Of a stretch of DNA of 64,000 bases, positions 49,148 through 62,612 are shown piece after piece (positions within the stretch are counted from its first letter, which is position 1; each line of letters starts with the position of its first letter). The notes under the pieces were generated by a model. It was not told the DNA's origin, ran no database searches, and saw nothing but the letters and a program-made list of their open reading frames with translations. Position numbers and translations under genes: made by a program. This DNA is from Negaprion brevirostris (Eukaryota). Location of the stretch: NCBI GenBank assembly GCA_030324005.1, contig JARDVH010000084.1, positions 95,652,876 to 95,716,875 on the forward strand, written 5' to 3'.

Positions 49148-49212
49148 TGCTTCCCCACTCGAGCTCCAAAAATACAATCATGCACGACCTGTAGTCCTCC
49201 TTACTGCCCAAC
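49148..49212 (-). CDS. SYNGAP1: SYNGAP1 exon 12 equivalent, 5' part only (rest lost at N gap 49048-49147)
   Basis: Pyrimidine tract plus gattag acceptor; phase matches exon 11; LGSKEDYRSCMIVFLELEWGS resembles family F(T/G)SKE..FMNEFLELEWGSM. Confidence 0.85.
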
Positions 49213-49724
49213 CTAATCAGATGGAGGAGGAAGAAAAGCAGCACAATAGCAACACAGGCTACTTTAATTCATTTCTAATCTGTCTCCACAACAAATGAGA
49301 AACCTATATCACACTTGTAAGTTTAGGCAAGGCAGGGAGAATGAGCATAGCAAGCATTCTGAAATATACTTATCCACACATCCACTCATTCCGTAATGGT
49401 TGTGTGAGGCTCTGAACGTTACAGAGAAGTAATGACCACTCTGTCAGTTCCAGGCACCACACTTTTAAGAAAACTATCAAGATCTTAGAGTAGACAGGAG
49501 ATTTACAAGACAGAATTAAAGAATTCAGTTATGAAGAGAGTTTAGAAATGTTAGGATTGATCTCCTTAGAGTAGAAGACATTCAGGTAATTTCAATAGCG
49601 ATATACTCAAATTCCTGAAAGATTTTCAAGAGTAAGTTTTTAAAAAATGTTTAGCAGAAGGGTTAGTAGCCAGAAGGAACAATGTAAGATTATTGAAAAT
49701 AGGAAAGGAGTGCAAGAGAAATAA

Positions 49725-50016
49725 GTTTATTTATTTGTGTCACAGGTAGGCTTACATTAATACTGTAATGAAGTTACTGTGAAAATCTCCTAGTCGCCAC
49801 ACTCTGGCACCTATTCAGGTGCACTGAGGGAGAATTTAGCATGGGAATTGCATCTAATCAGCATGTCTTTTGGAGTGACAGGAAACAGAGGCACCAGGAG
49901 GAAATCCACACAGACACGGGGAGAACATGCAGACTCCCCACCGACAGTGACCCAAGCTGAGAATCAAACCTGGGCCTCTGGTGCTGTGAGGCAGCAGTGC
50001 TAACCACTGTGCCACC
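49725..50016 (-). mobile_element. HE1/V-SINE-like element
   Basis: ggtggcacagtggttagcactgctgcctcacagc head plus V domain. Confidence 0.9.
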
Positions 50017-50953
50017 AGCAATGATTTATGTAGCAAGTAATTGTGATTTGGAATATACTGCTTGATGGAAGTTCAGTCAAAGAACTTTCAGAAGGGAGTG
50101 GGATAAATATTTGAAGGGGGAAGAAAATTGTCAGGCTTTGGAAAAGAATTGGGTGGAGGTGGTTGTGGGTACACCAATGGTACAACTCTTACAATTGTGA
50201 GAACAGATATGATGGACCAATTAGCTGTATCTTTTGCTGTAATTTGTAACATTTTAAAATATATAATCTACATATTTGGAGTAATTCTGCAATGATTCTT
50301 TGACGTTTTGAATGCTAAGTAACCCTAATGATCACTCGTGAGGAATGTCTGAAGTGTAATAAACAAGCCCAGAAGCCTGCAGAATAACTGGTAACAGCTA
50401 ACCACGACACTGAACAAACCTGTCGACAGCAGAAACACATAATAACATGTGGGCCCTACATTTCTTCTACGTCATTGAACTTAAAAAAGATACAAAACAC
50501 TGGAGCTGCAGTCAGGATCACACATTTGCGAGCTCCCTGAAGAGATCTTGGTGCGTGTGTATTAGTACCTCATTTTCACATTCAGTACAGTTTTCAGTGT
50601 TTCCTAGTTATCAAACTTGTTAGAGAAGCCAAGGTAATATTACAATACCCAATAATATCTATACATAAGAGCGATATAAATATACAAAGTGCTTGATCAT
50701 GCCAACAACATACATGGTTGTTTTTGCAGCAAAACATACTGAAAATTAACCAAATATTTAGGAGGATAAAAACCTACCAGTTAATTAAAAAGACACCCAG
50801 ACCAGCATGAATTGCTACCACTGATATACTTCCAGCAGGACTTCTTGAACAAGATCACTACTGACACTTACCTCTCAAATCCCTTACACCAGTCTCACAG
50901 GCTACATTACCCATTGAATGGGCTGTGGCTTCCACAGGTCTGGGAGAACTTAC

Positions 50954-51190
50954 TTGGTGAAGTTGGCCAGATTTTGAATGACTTTGGCTATAAGGGTTAA
51001 AGTTCGGGAGGTGCGGTCATCTGGATACTCCTGCATCAGGTTGAAGAGGCTAGGAGACATGATCGCGGGGCAGAGGAAACGGAGAAACAAGGAGGCACTG
51101 ATCAAACGGTCGGCTATGTCTTCTCTGCCACGCTCAGCACAGCGGTGCCTCCAGGAGGCAAAGACTTCCTTCAGCTCACGTGGAAAGACG
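50954..51190 (-). CDS. SYNGAP1: SYNGAP1 exon 11 equivalent, RasGAP FLR motif
   Basis: ttttaaacag|...|gtaagt, 237 bp; [78 protein letters not shown](K). Confidence 0.97.
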
Positions 51191-53339
51191 CTGTTTAAAA
51201 TAAAGAGAGCAGGGTAAGAAATGATCTGTCACTTTAACTGAGGCAAAGGCACCGTGCAATCTGATTACGTGGATTCCATTTCATTAATTACAGAGGGTTA
51301 ACTATAAAACCACATGGGTCAATGTTCCCTCTAAGTCTTTTCAGCAAGTCTTTCTGGGCAGTAAGTTTGTATGAGGGGAATTCATTGCCTTAAGGTGTGC
51401 TGTAAACAGATTCAATAGCAACTTGCAAGCTGGATAAATACTAGAATGAGAAAAGTACAGGGCTATGAGGAAAGCACAAGTGTGAGATTAAGTGATCAAT
51501 CTTTTGATGAAGGCAGCTCTAGGTGCTGTCTGTTTCATTGTTTTTCTTCCAAGAAGGTAGTTTGAAAATAACCTGTCTGGTCTGGCATTGGATTTGGAAC
51601 GTCCCATTTTCTGTTTAAACAAAGTAACTTTGATCAGACTGATGATGGTTGGGAGTGGGTGGGGGGACCATAGGTGGCAGGGTTCCAATTGACCTCAGCA
51701 TTCTTGGTTGGAGAATAAATGATCAGAATTACTTTCCCAATTGTTATTGAATGATAGCATATATGTGGATGCCAGAATGCTCTGAGGCAGCTACTGTTGA
51801 ATAACTTGCTAAAANNNNNNNNNNNNNNNNNNNNNNNNNNNNNNNNNNNNNNNNNNNNNNNNNNNNAAATGTGGTTTACACCAATAGAGCTGTACCCTAA
51901 ATGAACATTTGCTTTTTCAAAGATGGCTGAGAATTTGAAGAAGCCAATGGAAATACTTTTTTTGGTTCAATGAAATCAAACAAAACAGGCACACACTAAC
52001 CAAAATGAACAAAACAAAATTTTACATTATTTGAAGTCACACTGTGTCACAGTTAAGCAAAATCAATAAGGGAGTCATCTCAGTTTCAGTTAACTAAATT
52101 CTCACAGCCAACACGAATCAGCAGTGAGAATTCAGTGATACTGTTTTCCCTCTTTCACACTAGAGAAAAAGGGAAACCCTGTCAACTTGACTGTTAGATT
52201 TGAACTCTCAACAATTAGTGGAAAGAAATTCGGGTAGATTATTTACTTGCTGTTCAGATGTAAAACTTTACATGGAATGTAGCAGAGAAACAAGCCTTTG
52301 GGTCTCCTGCTCTGTGCCGAGGTTTACACACAAGCCTCTTCCCACCCCTCTTTATCTACCTGCATATTCTATTTGTTTTCCCCTTGTACCTATATGCCTT
52401 CCTTCCCTTTAAACATGTCAATGCTAATCACCTCAATAATGTGATATTACACATTTTAACCACTTGCTGGCTGAACAATTCTTTACTGAATTTACTGTTG
52501 ACTATCTTCTTTTATTTTCAATAGTTTTGGGTTCCTACATCTTCTCCACATTCACCCTATTGAACTCATTCATACTTGTAAAAATCTCCATTAGGTCAGG
52601 CCTTAGCCTTCTCTCACAAGAGAGAAGAACTGCAGCCTATTCAATCTTTCTTAACAGTTGTAACCTTTCAGTTTTGGTCTCATTCTTCCAAGCATTGTGT
52701 TTGAATTCAGGTACCATTTATGCAAAGTTCCTAGTTTTGACTCCCATTAGTCAGCTTCATCTCAGCCAGCAAATTGAAAATCTGCCTTAGTATGTCATCA
52801 ACAGCCAATCTCCTGATAAGAGCTTGTTTAATTTCCATGCCCTGATCCCTTCTCAGGACAGATGTTTGAAATACTTCACCCCTAAACAGAAGGAGCTCGT
52901 CGCTCTCTCCCTGGATTGTACTTCTGGAGTTAATGGACAATTCCATCACTTACTTCACTAACAGCCGGTCTCTTAGATTGTACCATGGTTGTAACCTTTT
53001 TGANNNNNNNNNNNNNNNNNNNNNNNNNNNNNNNNNNNNNNNNNNNNNNNNNNNNNNNNNNNNNNNNNNNNNNNNNNNNNNNNNNNNNNNNNNNNNNNNN
53101 NNNGACAAGGCTGGATTTGGACCAAAGCTCCAGAAGCGAAAAGAAACAATAATCCTCACCAAAGAAGGATCATTCCCTCTCGATTGGCTGGATTTGAACA
53201 CTGGTCCACTGGGAATAAAAGATCTGTGTTCTTTTCTGTCCTATTGTCCTCTGACTTTAAGATTCCACAATTGCCTAGACACTGCCTTTGACTTCAGTGG
53301 CACACTGCTTTCACATAGTCAAATTACACCAGCACTGAC

Positions 53340-53484
53340 CAATGGGAGTTGACGATCTTGCAAAGTGCCAATTCGCAGCACATCCTCAGGTTAGCCTGGT
53401 GATCAGCCAAAGTGGAAAAGGTGCATTTAGCCGGGTCTACCTCGCAGTTCTCTTCAGATTCATAAAGTGCTCGGATAAACTCTC
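53340..53484 (-). CDS. SYNGAP1: SYNGAP1 exon (human exon 10 equivalent), RasGAP domain
   Basis: tttcacag|...|gtcagt, 145 bp; translates (G)[47 protein letters not shown](C). Confidence 0.95.
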
Positions 53485-53539
53485 CTGTGAAAAAGATACA
53501 GTTACTCTTAGTTATTCTTTATTCCCTGGCACTTGTCAT

Positions 53540-53895
53540 ATCACTCACACAATTGCATTACGTTCCATCTCAAAACATGCCACTCATCACACCATCCGAC
53601 AGAGCATCACGCACACCATCTAACCTTCCATCTCTTCCTGTCTCACACATGTTCCAACTCTCTCCCTTTCACACACCAAACATCTCATCATACACCCCAC
53701 CATCATATCACACATTCTTCCAACAACATATCTCACACACAGACCATCCAACATCACATACACACCAGCTAATGTTCCATCTCTCTCTCCCTCTCTCTCT
53801 CTCTTACACACGCACCAAACATCCCATCATACACACAGACCATCCAACATCCTATCACACATTCACGCTATTACATTCCACCTCTCACACACCAT
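53540..53895 (+). repeat. CA-rich low-complexity tract (UG-rich in pre-mRNA) upstream of exon 10
   Basis: Repeated cacacaccatc-like units; similar tract at 57930-58370. Confidence 0.7.
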
Positions 53896-54499
53896 CTGAG
53901 ACTCGCAGTGCAGCATCATAAAGGCCAAGTTTGAGTATGCAGCAGAGCAGCACAGAGGCTGAAAAAAGAGGGAAGGTAAGGCTTGCCACAGAGCAGAATA
54001 AAAGACAAGGTTGAAAGTGAAGCAGATCAGCGCAAAAGGTCTGGTCTGGTGTAGAGCAAAATAATGGACGAGGCCTGGAACAGAGCAGCATAAAGGGCTA
54101 GTCTAACTGAGTCAGTGAAATGGGAGGAAAAAGAATAGTTTAGTGGAGTCACAACACAAGTCCATGGCGTAGGCAGACCTATACATATTTAATCAATCTA
54201 TATAATTTAAGCTACATCAATTAACTAGAATTAAATTAAACCAATGATAAAATACATACATTTCAACTTACATTTTATGCATTGTGTATTAAATCATTCA
54301 TCATAATTAGCATCACTGTAATTGATCAGGTATAGGTAGGAAAGCTTCCAATCTATTCAGTAAATTAAAATTCAATAAATAATGAGTTAAGTAAAACATT
54401 TGTTAACATCCCTATAAAATAGTGATGTCAGTGCAAGCTGATTGGTGAGTAGCTAGTGACTGTTGATTTTAATTGTTAAGTTTATATCTCTTAAATTAA

Positions 54500-56335
54500 G
54501 GAATAATCTAGTAAACAGAGACGTGTTTGGGCACCTCAGTCCATTAGAATGTACATCCTGTTCTGTGTGAGAACTGAGTTGCACTTCTTGAGTCCTGACC
54601 AGCCACATGTGCTGTAGGAGCTTAAGCTTAGGATTTCAAAGCTGAAGGAAAAGCTATGCCCACTGTGGTGCAACAGTGAGTCTAATTGGATACTACATTC
54701 TTAGATGTAGTCACACTAACAGTATGCAGACAAAGAAGGACTGGATGACCACCAGTCAATCAGAACCAGGAAGGTAGTGCAGGACTCCCCTGACTGCATC
54801 TCACTCTCCAACTGATAATCAGTTCTGAATACTGGTGAGGGCGTTGTTTCATCTGGAGAGTGCAACTAAGTTAACTATGAAGTGTCTCAGCTGTAAGGGG
54901 CAGGGGTAGAGGTGGAAGATCAGAAAAGCAATAATTTTGGGAGCAGAGAAGCATTTCTGTGGTAGCAGGTGTGACTAAGATGGTATATTATTCCCCTGAT
55001 GCTGAGGTCCAGGGTGTCACTGAGCTGTTGTGTAATATCTTGGAAAGCAGTTGAAGAGCAAGGAAAGAAACTAAAGTCCATGGGATCCAAAGGACTATGG
55101 CAAGTTGGATCTAAAATTGTCTCACTTTTAAAATTAACTAATGGGATGTTGGTATCACTGGATAGACCAGTATTTATTGCCCAACTAGTGAACATGATTT
55201 ATTTAGATTTCCAGAAGGTCTTTGACAAGATGCTGCATAGGAGACTATTAAATTAGTTAAGTGCCCATGGTGTTAAGGGTAAGATCCTGACATGGATAGA
55301 GGATTGGCTGACTGGCAGGCAGAAAGTGGGGATAAAGGAGTCTTCTTCTGGGTGGCAGCTGGTGACTAATGGTGTGCCGGAGGGGTCAGTGCTGGGACCA
55401 CAACTTTTCACAATACACATTCACGATTTGGAGGAAGGAACTGAAAGCACTGTTGCTAAGTTTGCATCTGATGCAAAGATATGTAGGGGGACAGGTAGTA
55501 TTGAGGAAGCAGGGGGACTGCAAAAAGACTTGGGCAGGTTAGAAGTGGCAGATGGAATACAACATGGAAAAGTGTGAGGTTATTACTTTGGAAGGAGGAC
55601 TGGAGGCATAGACTATTTTCTAAATGGGAAACTGCTTAGGAAATCAGAAACATAAAGAGACTTGAGAATCCTTGTTCAAAATTCTCTTAGTGTTCAGTCA
55701 GCAGTTCAGAATGTTAGCATTCGTATTGAGAGGGCTAGAATGCAACAGCAGGGATGTACTTCTGAGGCTGTTTAAGGCTCTGGTTAGACCACATTTGAGT
55801 ACTGTCAGCAGTTTTGGGCTCTGTCTCTAAGGATGGATATGCTGGCCTTGGAAAGGGTTAAGAGAAGGTTCACAAGAATGATCCCTGGATNNNNNNNNNN
55901 NNNNNNNNNNNNNNNNNNNNNNNNNNNNNNNNNNNNNNNNNNNNNNNNNNNNNNNNNNNNNNNNNNNNNNNNNNNNNNNNNNNNNNNNNNNNNNNNNNNN
56001 NNNNNNNNNNNNNNNNNNNNNNNNNNNNNNNNNNNNNNNNNNNNNNNNNNNNNNNNNNNNNNNNNNNNNNNNNNNNNNNNNNNNNNNNNNNNNNNNNNNN
56101 NNNNNNNNNNNNNNNNNNNNNNNNNNNNNNNNNNNNNNNNNNNNNNNNNNNNNNNNNNNNNNNNNNNNNNNNNNNNNNNNNNNNNNNNNNNNNNNNNNNN
56201 NNNNNNNNNNNNNNNNNNNNNNNNNNNNNNNNNNNNNNNNNNNNNNNNNNNTGAGAAAAAATCAATCATGATTGAATGGCAGAGCAGACTTGATGGGCTG
56301 AGTGGCCTAATTCTGCTCCTATGTCTTGTGGTCTT
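54500..56335 (+). mobile_element. CR1 LINE: ORF1-like remnant plus RT/3' fragment
   Basis: IYLDFQKVFDKMLHRRLL, VTNGVPEGSVLGPQLFTI, LERVKRRFTRMIPG. Confidence 0.85.
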
Positions 56336-56349
56336 AACCTTAAACCCTA

Positions 56350-56935
56350 TTGAGATGGAGGTGGTGAGCTGACTTTTTGAACTGCTGCAATCTCTGTGGT
56401 ACCAGTTCACCCACAGTGCTGTTCAGGACAGAGTTCCAGGATTTCAATCCAGTGACAGTGAAGGAATGGTGATACATTTCTTAGTCAGGATGGTGAGTGA
56501 CTGGAGGGAAACTTGCAGCTGGTAGTGTTCCCAGCCATCTGCTGCCCCTGTTCTTCTATTTGGTACTGGTTGTGGGTTTGGAAGGTGCTGCCTAAGGAGC
56601 CTTGATGTGTTGTTGTAGTGCATTTTATAGATGCTACAAACTGCTACCATTGTTCATCATTGGTGGAGGGAATGAATGTTTATGGAACGGGTGTTAATCA
56701 AGTGGGGCTGCTTTGTCCTGAACGGTGTTGAGTTTCCTGAGTCTTGTTGAAGCTGCACTCATCCAAGCATTTGGAGAATATTCCATCACAATACTGATTT
56801 GAACCTTGTAGATGTTGGACAGGTTTTGGGGAGTCAGGAGTGAGTTACTTGCCACAGGATTTCTAGCCTCTGATCTGCTCTTGTAGCCACTGTTTATATG
56901 GTTGGTCCAGTTCATTTTCTGGTTGGTGATCAATG
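56350..56935 (-). mobile_element. LINE 3' fragment
   Basis: IYKVQI..MEYSP.AWMSAA...LNTVQDKAA. Confidence 0.8.
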
Positions 56936-56949
56936 CTTATTGTAAATTA

Positions 56950-57910
56950 TTGATTTTGTGAATGGAATTCTGTTTCTAGTGGGGTTCCGCAGGGCTCAGT
57001 AATGGGTTCCTTGCTGTTGGTGACATATATCGATGATTTAGACTTCGAAATTTGCAAATGATTATGAAAACTGACCATGCAGTTGATTGTGAGAAAGAGC
57101 AACGCTGGTCAGATAGCCAGAAAAGTGATGAGTGGAGTTCAATTCAGAGAAGTGTGAGTTAATGTATTTGGGCAGGCTAACAAGGCAAAGGAATAATGGT
57201 AGGATTCTAAAAAGTAAAGGGGAAAAGTGTAGTGTATATCTGTAGTCTCATGAAGATAGGAGGATCGGTGGATAAGATGATTAAGAAGACATGTGGGAGA
57301 CTTCCTTCTATTGGTCAGGCCCTAGGGTGTAAGAATAGGGAGGTCACGCTAGAACTGTACGTAAAAAGAACTAGTTCACCCACAGCTACAGTACTGCATA
57401 CAGTTTATCCGCAACTAGATTACTGCATAGTATTTTGATCACTGCATTGCAGGAAAGATTTGAACGCACTGGAGAGCGTACAGGAGAGATTTACAAGGAC
57501 GTTGCCAAGAATTGAGAAATTTAACCTTGAGTGAAGATTGGATGAGCTGCGATTTTTTTTTTCCCTGTGATAGTGGAAGCCAAAAGGAGATTTAATTGTG
57601 ATGGATGAAGTTTTGAAGGGCCTGTAGGTAGTGAGTAGGAAGGACTAACCTCAACACAGAAGTCATTAATCAGACGGCATAGATTTAAATTAATTGCCAA
57701 AAAGGATTAGAGGGAAGTCAAGTCTCTGGTGCTTACTGCCTGGAAAAGTGAGAGGCAGAAACTCTCACCACATTTAAAAATTTTTTGGATTTACACTTTT
57801 CAAGTGCAACTTACAGAACAAAAGTTGAAAATTGGAATTTGACTGGATAGCTGTTTTTCAGCCAACATGGATATGATTGGCCCAATGGTCTCCATTTGTG
57901 CTGTAATTGT
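56950..57910 (+). mobile_element. Decayed CR1 LINE
   Basis: tagtggggttccgcagggctcagt RT motif, ctggagagcgtacaggagagatttacaagga. Confidence 0.8.
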
Positions 57911-59129
57911 TTCAGTGTTTATCCAATCTTCCATCATTCACACCACACCACCCAATGTCTCAACACAGGCAAACACAAACCACTCAGAATACCTTCTCAC
58001 ATACAACCCAAATGCCATGATACTTGTAATCTAGATTCCCAGCAATCACACCCTAAACATCTAATCATTTCCAAAAAACCCTATTACATCCTATCCTGAG
58101 CACCAGAACAATCAAATCTCAAGTCATTCCCAGGAACTCTATTTCATGCCACCCAACCATCAAGCACTCATACCCCAAAATAATCTCACTCAAACTACAC
58201 AAATACTCCACATAATGTCACACACGTCAAAGCACCTGGACAGGCTAGCTCCAAACCCACACACCTCACTGTCATTCAGACGTCCAGATACGTTTCACAT
58301 GCATGAATATCTCATGCACATTCAAACATGTCAATCTCAAACACCCCAAACACCATGCCACACCCCATCTGATTAGCAATGGGGCCGAGGATAAGTGCAG
58401 ATAGTGATGATGGAATGCTATGTGGACCATGAGCAACTGCAACCATGGAATGTCCTATCAAGGAAGGAAACCAGTCAAAGATTTAGAGCATAGCTCGCAA
58501 GGTAAACTTTATTTACCTTTGGGAGCGGGAAGAAAGAAAGGCAGTGGGTCTTCTGTTAGAGAAAATAATTGGGGTTGACTAATATTGAGCAGATAGCACA
58601 TGATCTGTACAGACCTTGATAAGTTAAAGGGCTTTTTCCTGGAGCCGGTCACTACATTTTCAGGCTTTTCCTAATTACTGCCTCTTCTGTCAACATCAAC
58701 ACTTCTGGATTGGTTAGACACACACTACATCTCCCTTCATAATGTTGCACCTATAATTTCCATGTCAGGTACAGAACAGGTTAAACAGTACATCTCCCCA
58801 TACACTGTTCTATTTAACAATTTCCAAGTCTGGTAGATGATAGGTTGGACAGAGTACATCCCACTCTGCACTTTCCCATCTAGGTCTGGTACAGAATGGG
58901 TTAGACACAGATTGCTTTACATTGTCCTACCATCTTAATTTCAACTGACATCATCAATTCTCCTGATTCTAATCCTCATATTAGTCAGCAATATGAACAA
59001 GTCAGTCCCTGCATGGTCTGTGCAGCGAGGTTCTCCCTGCTAAACCCATTTAAGGCTGACCCATTACCGAGAAGGGAGTCTCCACAGTGAAATTCATAGT
59101 ACAGGAAAGTTTGGAAGATTTACTTGGCT

Positions 59130-59995
59130 TGTAATGATAGTCTGAAGGCTAAGTTCTGATTTCATTTATAGCCAATTGTTGCGAAGTTGGTGTTTGTAAA
59201 ACTGTTTTTCAAAAAAAAGTGGTTTTTTTTCTGTGTTTAGACAGTTAAAAGGGATGCAAGTGCATGCAGTACACAGACTGAAACATTGTATTGAGAGGCC
59301 AGGCAGTGGTGTTGCCAAGACAACAGCCTGATTTTGAACTTTAATCAATCAATTTAAAATAGGCTGCTGTTATTCAAATGCCTATCAGATTTGAATGTGA
59401 TGTTTTGGTATCTTGAGAACCAATCCTATTGTGGGGATTTTGATATGTCATCAGAGGTATAAGAGACAGCAACTACTCTCTGTCACAGCTCACAGTTTTA
59501 GAAAGAGAGAGAGAGTCAAAGACAGCCAGCCAGCAACTGCTTTCTGACATAGCAACTGTCTCTGCCACAACTAATATCTTTCAGCTCGGGGCCTCATCTA
59601 AATAGAAAAGGTGTCAAAAGAAAGCCTCATTTCAATAGTGAAGACAGAAACTTCTGGAAGATAAAACCTGGTTGTACTTTTGAGAGTGACTAAAAAAATT
59701 CTGTTTTTTTGTTAATGAGAGGGAATTGAATTTATCTAAACAGCATTCCATTAGAATGACGTTTTATTTGGTTTGTTAATAGTTTAGTTAACATGTTCAC
59801 TGTTAGATAAATAAATTGTCACTTGTTGATTTTACATAGTTTCAGGTAGTTATTTTGATTTAACCACTAAAAGTTGCTGAAGAGCAGATTGTACTATTTC
59901 TCACAGATTTTTAACAAATTATAAAACGAGGTACTCCTCTTTGAGTGGTTAACTGTTTGTTCTCAGAAAGGGGAATCAACCTCCGCCTCATAACA
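59130..59995 (+). mobile_element. 5' LTR of Gypsy element
   Basis: Starts TGTAATGA and ends TCATAACA (imperfect terminal inverted repeat); followed by a PBS. Confidence 0.65.
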
Positions 59996-59998
59996 GAT

Positions 59999-60023
59999 TG
60001 GGGCTCGTATCCTGGGTTTGAAC
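59999..60023 (+). other. Primer binding site, tRNA-Pro-like
   Basis: tggggctcgtatcctgggtttgaac resembles the complement of the tRNA-Pro 3' end, TGGGGGCTCGTCCGGGATTTGAAC. Confidence 0.7.
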
Positions 60024-60371
60024 AGACCTAGATCTTTAAATAAACCTCAAATGAAAAGTGGAAGATCTAACTGACAACAAGCCAGTAAAATCAGAAATGG
60101 GGAAATGGCTCTTAACGTTGCTAAAGAGATTCTGGAGGTTGAAGATACTTCTAAATTTGCCAAGAAAGTTCAGAAAGACAGAAAAAGATGACACGTGTAG
60201 AATTGCCAAACAGGCTAAAATTGGGTTTAACGAGGTTTACTAGGAAATTGTAATGGAGATAGCCAAACATTTATGTATATCAGAGAAACAGTCAAGTGCA
60301 GGGGTGTTAGAAAAAAATAAATTGCAAATGAAATGACTGGAGTTAGAAAGTGAACTTAAAAGGCATTCAAG

Positions 60372-60525
60372 AGGTAGCTAGATATTGAACTTGGGACGAA
60401 TGGAATCAAAGCTTATGGGGAGATAGCAGGATTAGGCTACAGAGTTGGATGATCAGCCATGATCGTGATGAACGGCAGAGCTGGCTTGAACGGTCTTCTG
60501 TTCCTATCTTCCATGTTTCTATGAT
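60372..60525 (+). mobile_element. CR1 3' fragment nested in Gypsy gag
   Basis: ggatgatcagccatgatcg..gaacggcagagc..ctgttcctatcttccatgtttctatg. Confidence 0.75.
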
Positions 60526-62294
60526 GGTGAGCAAGCTCAGCATAGCCAACTGCCTGGTAGGGACATATACAAATATGTCCAAACATTACCAAAATTTGAT
60601 GAAAAGGATGCAGAAGCCTTTTTTGTTTCCTTTGAGAAATTGGCTACGGAGATGAAATGGTCAGAGGAGGTGTGAGTAATATTAATTCGGACCAAGTTGA
60701 TAGGCAGGGCTGCAGAGGTGTTAGAGGAGGTGTCAAGAAACTATAAAGAATATAGAAGGCTGTTTTCTGTGCTTATGAATTGGTACCAAAAGCATATAGA
60801 CAACAGTTCAGAAATGTAAGGAAGGAATCAGCTCAGACATATATGAATTAAGAAAGAATTTGGCAGAGCAACTTCAAGAGATGAATGAGAGCATTAAAGA
60901 TAGAAAAAAAACATATGAGGCTATTAGAGATATTATTCTGCTGGAGGAGTTGAAAAACTCACTTCCAGAAGTAGTAAGAACTCATGTTGAGGAGCAGAAA
61001 ATCGAAACAGCGAGAAGAGCTGTAGAGATGGCAGATAAATACACGTTAGTGCATAAATTGAAATCTAGCTCTCAAAAGCAATTTCATTCCATAAGGTATA
61101 GAATTGGGAAAGAGGGAGATTGTTCAATGAAAAACAAAGTAGATCGCACTGGGAACATTTTACCACCTGTGAAAAAAGAAAGCTAAGAGGGTGGGAAAGA
61201 GGTGAAAGACCTCGGGTGTTTTCACTGTGATACGATGGGGCATAAAAAGAAACAGTGCTGTTGGCACAGAAAGAAAGGAAGGCACAGGGGAAAAGGATGT
61301 GGTTAAAGATGCTCAACCAGTGGGTTTAGTTAACACAGTGAAGGAAATCGCGAGAGAAGTCGAGGAGCTGAAAGAGAGTGCACAGCATAGGTAAGGGCTG
61401 GATAATAAGATAGCTCCCAAACTGTTCAAATACNNNNNNNNNNNNNNNNNNNNNNNNNNNNNNNNNNNNNNNNNNNNNNNTAAAGAAGTTAAAATATTGA
61501 GAGATACGAGAGCTAGCCTGTCTCTAATAGATGAAGATATTTGTATTCCTTCTGAAGTATTGCCCGAGAGAGTGGTAATCTGTGAAATAAATGAAGAGAG
61601 GAATAGTGTTCCCTTGTGTAAAATAAGACTGGAAAGTCCGGTCAAGATTGGGGAAGTGATAGTGGGAGTGATGGAAAACTTAGCTATTCCAGGAATACAG
61701 TTTATCCTTGCAAATGATTATAGCTTGATCACAAGCGGGAGTGATGACCATTGTTATGGAAAAGCCAAAAGAAAATCAGGCAACTGAGGAGTTGAAAGAA
61801 AAATACCCTGGAATTTTTCCGGACTCTGATGGCAAGATGCCACAGCTGTAAGTTAAAACAGGAAGGGAGAACAAAAGGAAAGATGAAGGAGTTGAGATAG
61901 TTAGCTGACATGCTGTTTGATGAGATGGTAAAGGAAAAACCAAAGCAGGTTGAGAATTAGGCAGAGGTGCTTAATTCTGAAAGATTAATGGAGTTACAAC
62001 AGAAAGGTGAGACGATAAAGGATTTATATCATAACATCTATATGGAAAAGAAATCAGTGTGTATTCCAGAATGCTATTACCTTAAGGATAAAACATTAAG
62101 GCAGAAATGGAGACCTTGGCAGGTTACTGCAGATGAGAAATGGGCTTAAATTCATCAGATTGTGTTGCTAGTAGAATATAGACAGGACGTATTGCGGAAA
62201 GCATATAAATTACCTGTAGGAGGTCATCTAGGAGTGAGGAAGCCTCAGGTTAAGATGCAGAAGCATTTTTATTGGTTTGGATTACATAAAGGGT

Positions 62295-62612
62295 TACACA
62301 GTGGTTAGCACTGCTGCCTCACGGTGTCTGGGAACCTGGGTTTGATTCCCAGCTTGGGTCACTGTGTGGAGTTTGCACATTTTCTGTATGTCTGCAAGGG
62401 TTTACTCTGGGTGTTTCTGGTTTCCTCCCACAGTCCAAAGATGTGCGGGTTAGGAGGATTGGCTATGCTAAATTGCCCCTAAGTGTCAGGGGGATTAGCA
62501 TGGTAAATACATGGAGTTATGGGGATAGGGCCGAGGTGGGATTGTGGTCGGTGTAGACGTAATGGGCCGAATGACCTCCTTCTGCACTGTAGAATTCTCT
62601 AATTCTATTCTG
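62295..62612 (+). mobile_element. HE1/V-SINE nested in Gypsy integrase
   Basis: cacagtggttagcactgctgcctcac...ccttctgcactgtagaattct(attct)n. Confidence 0.9.
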
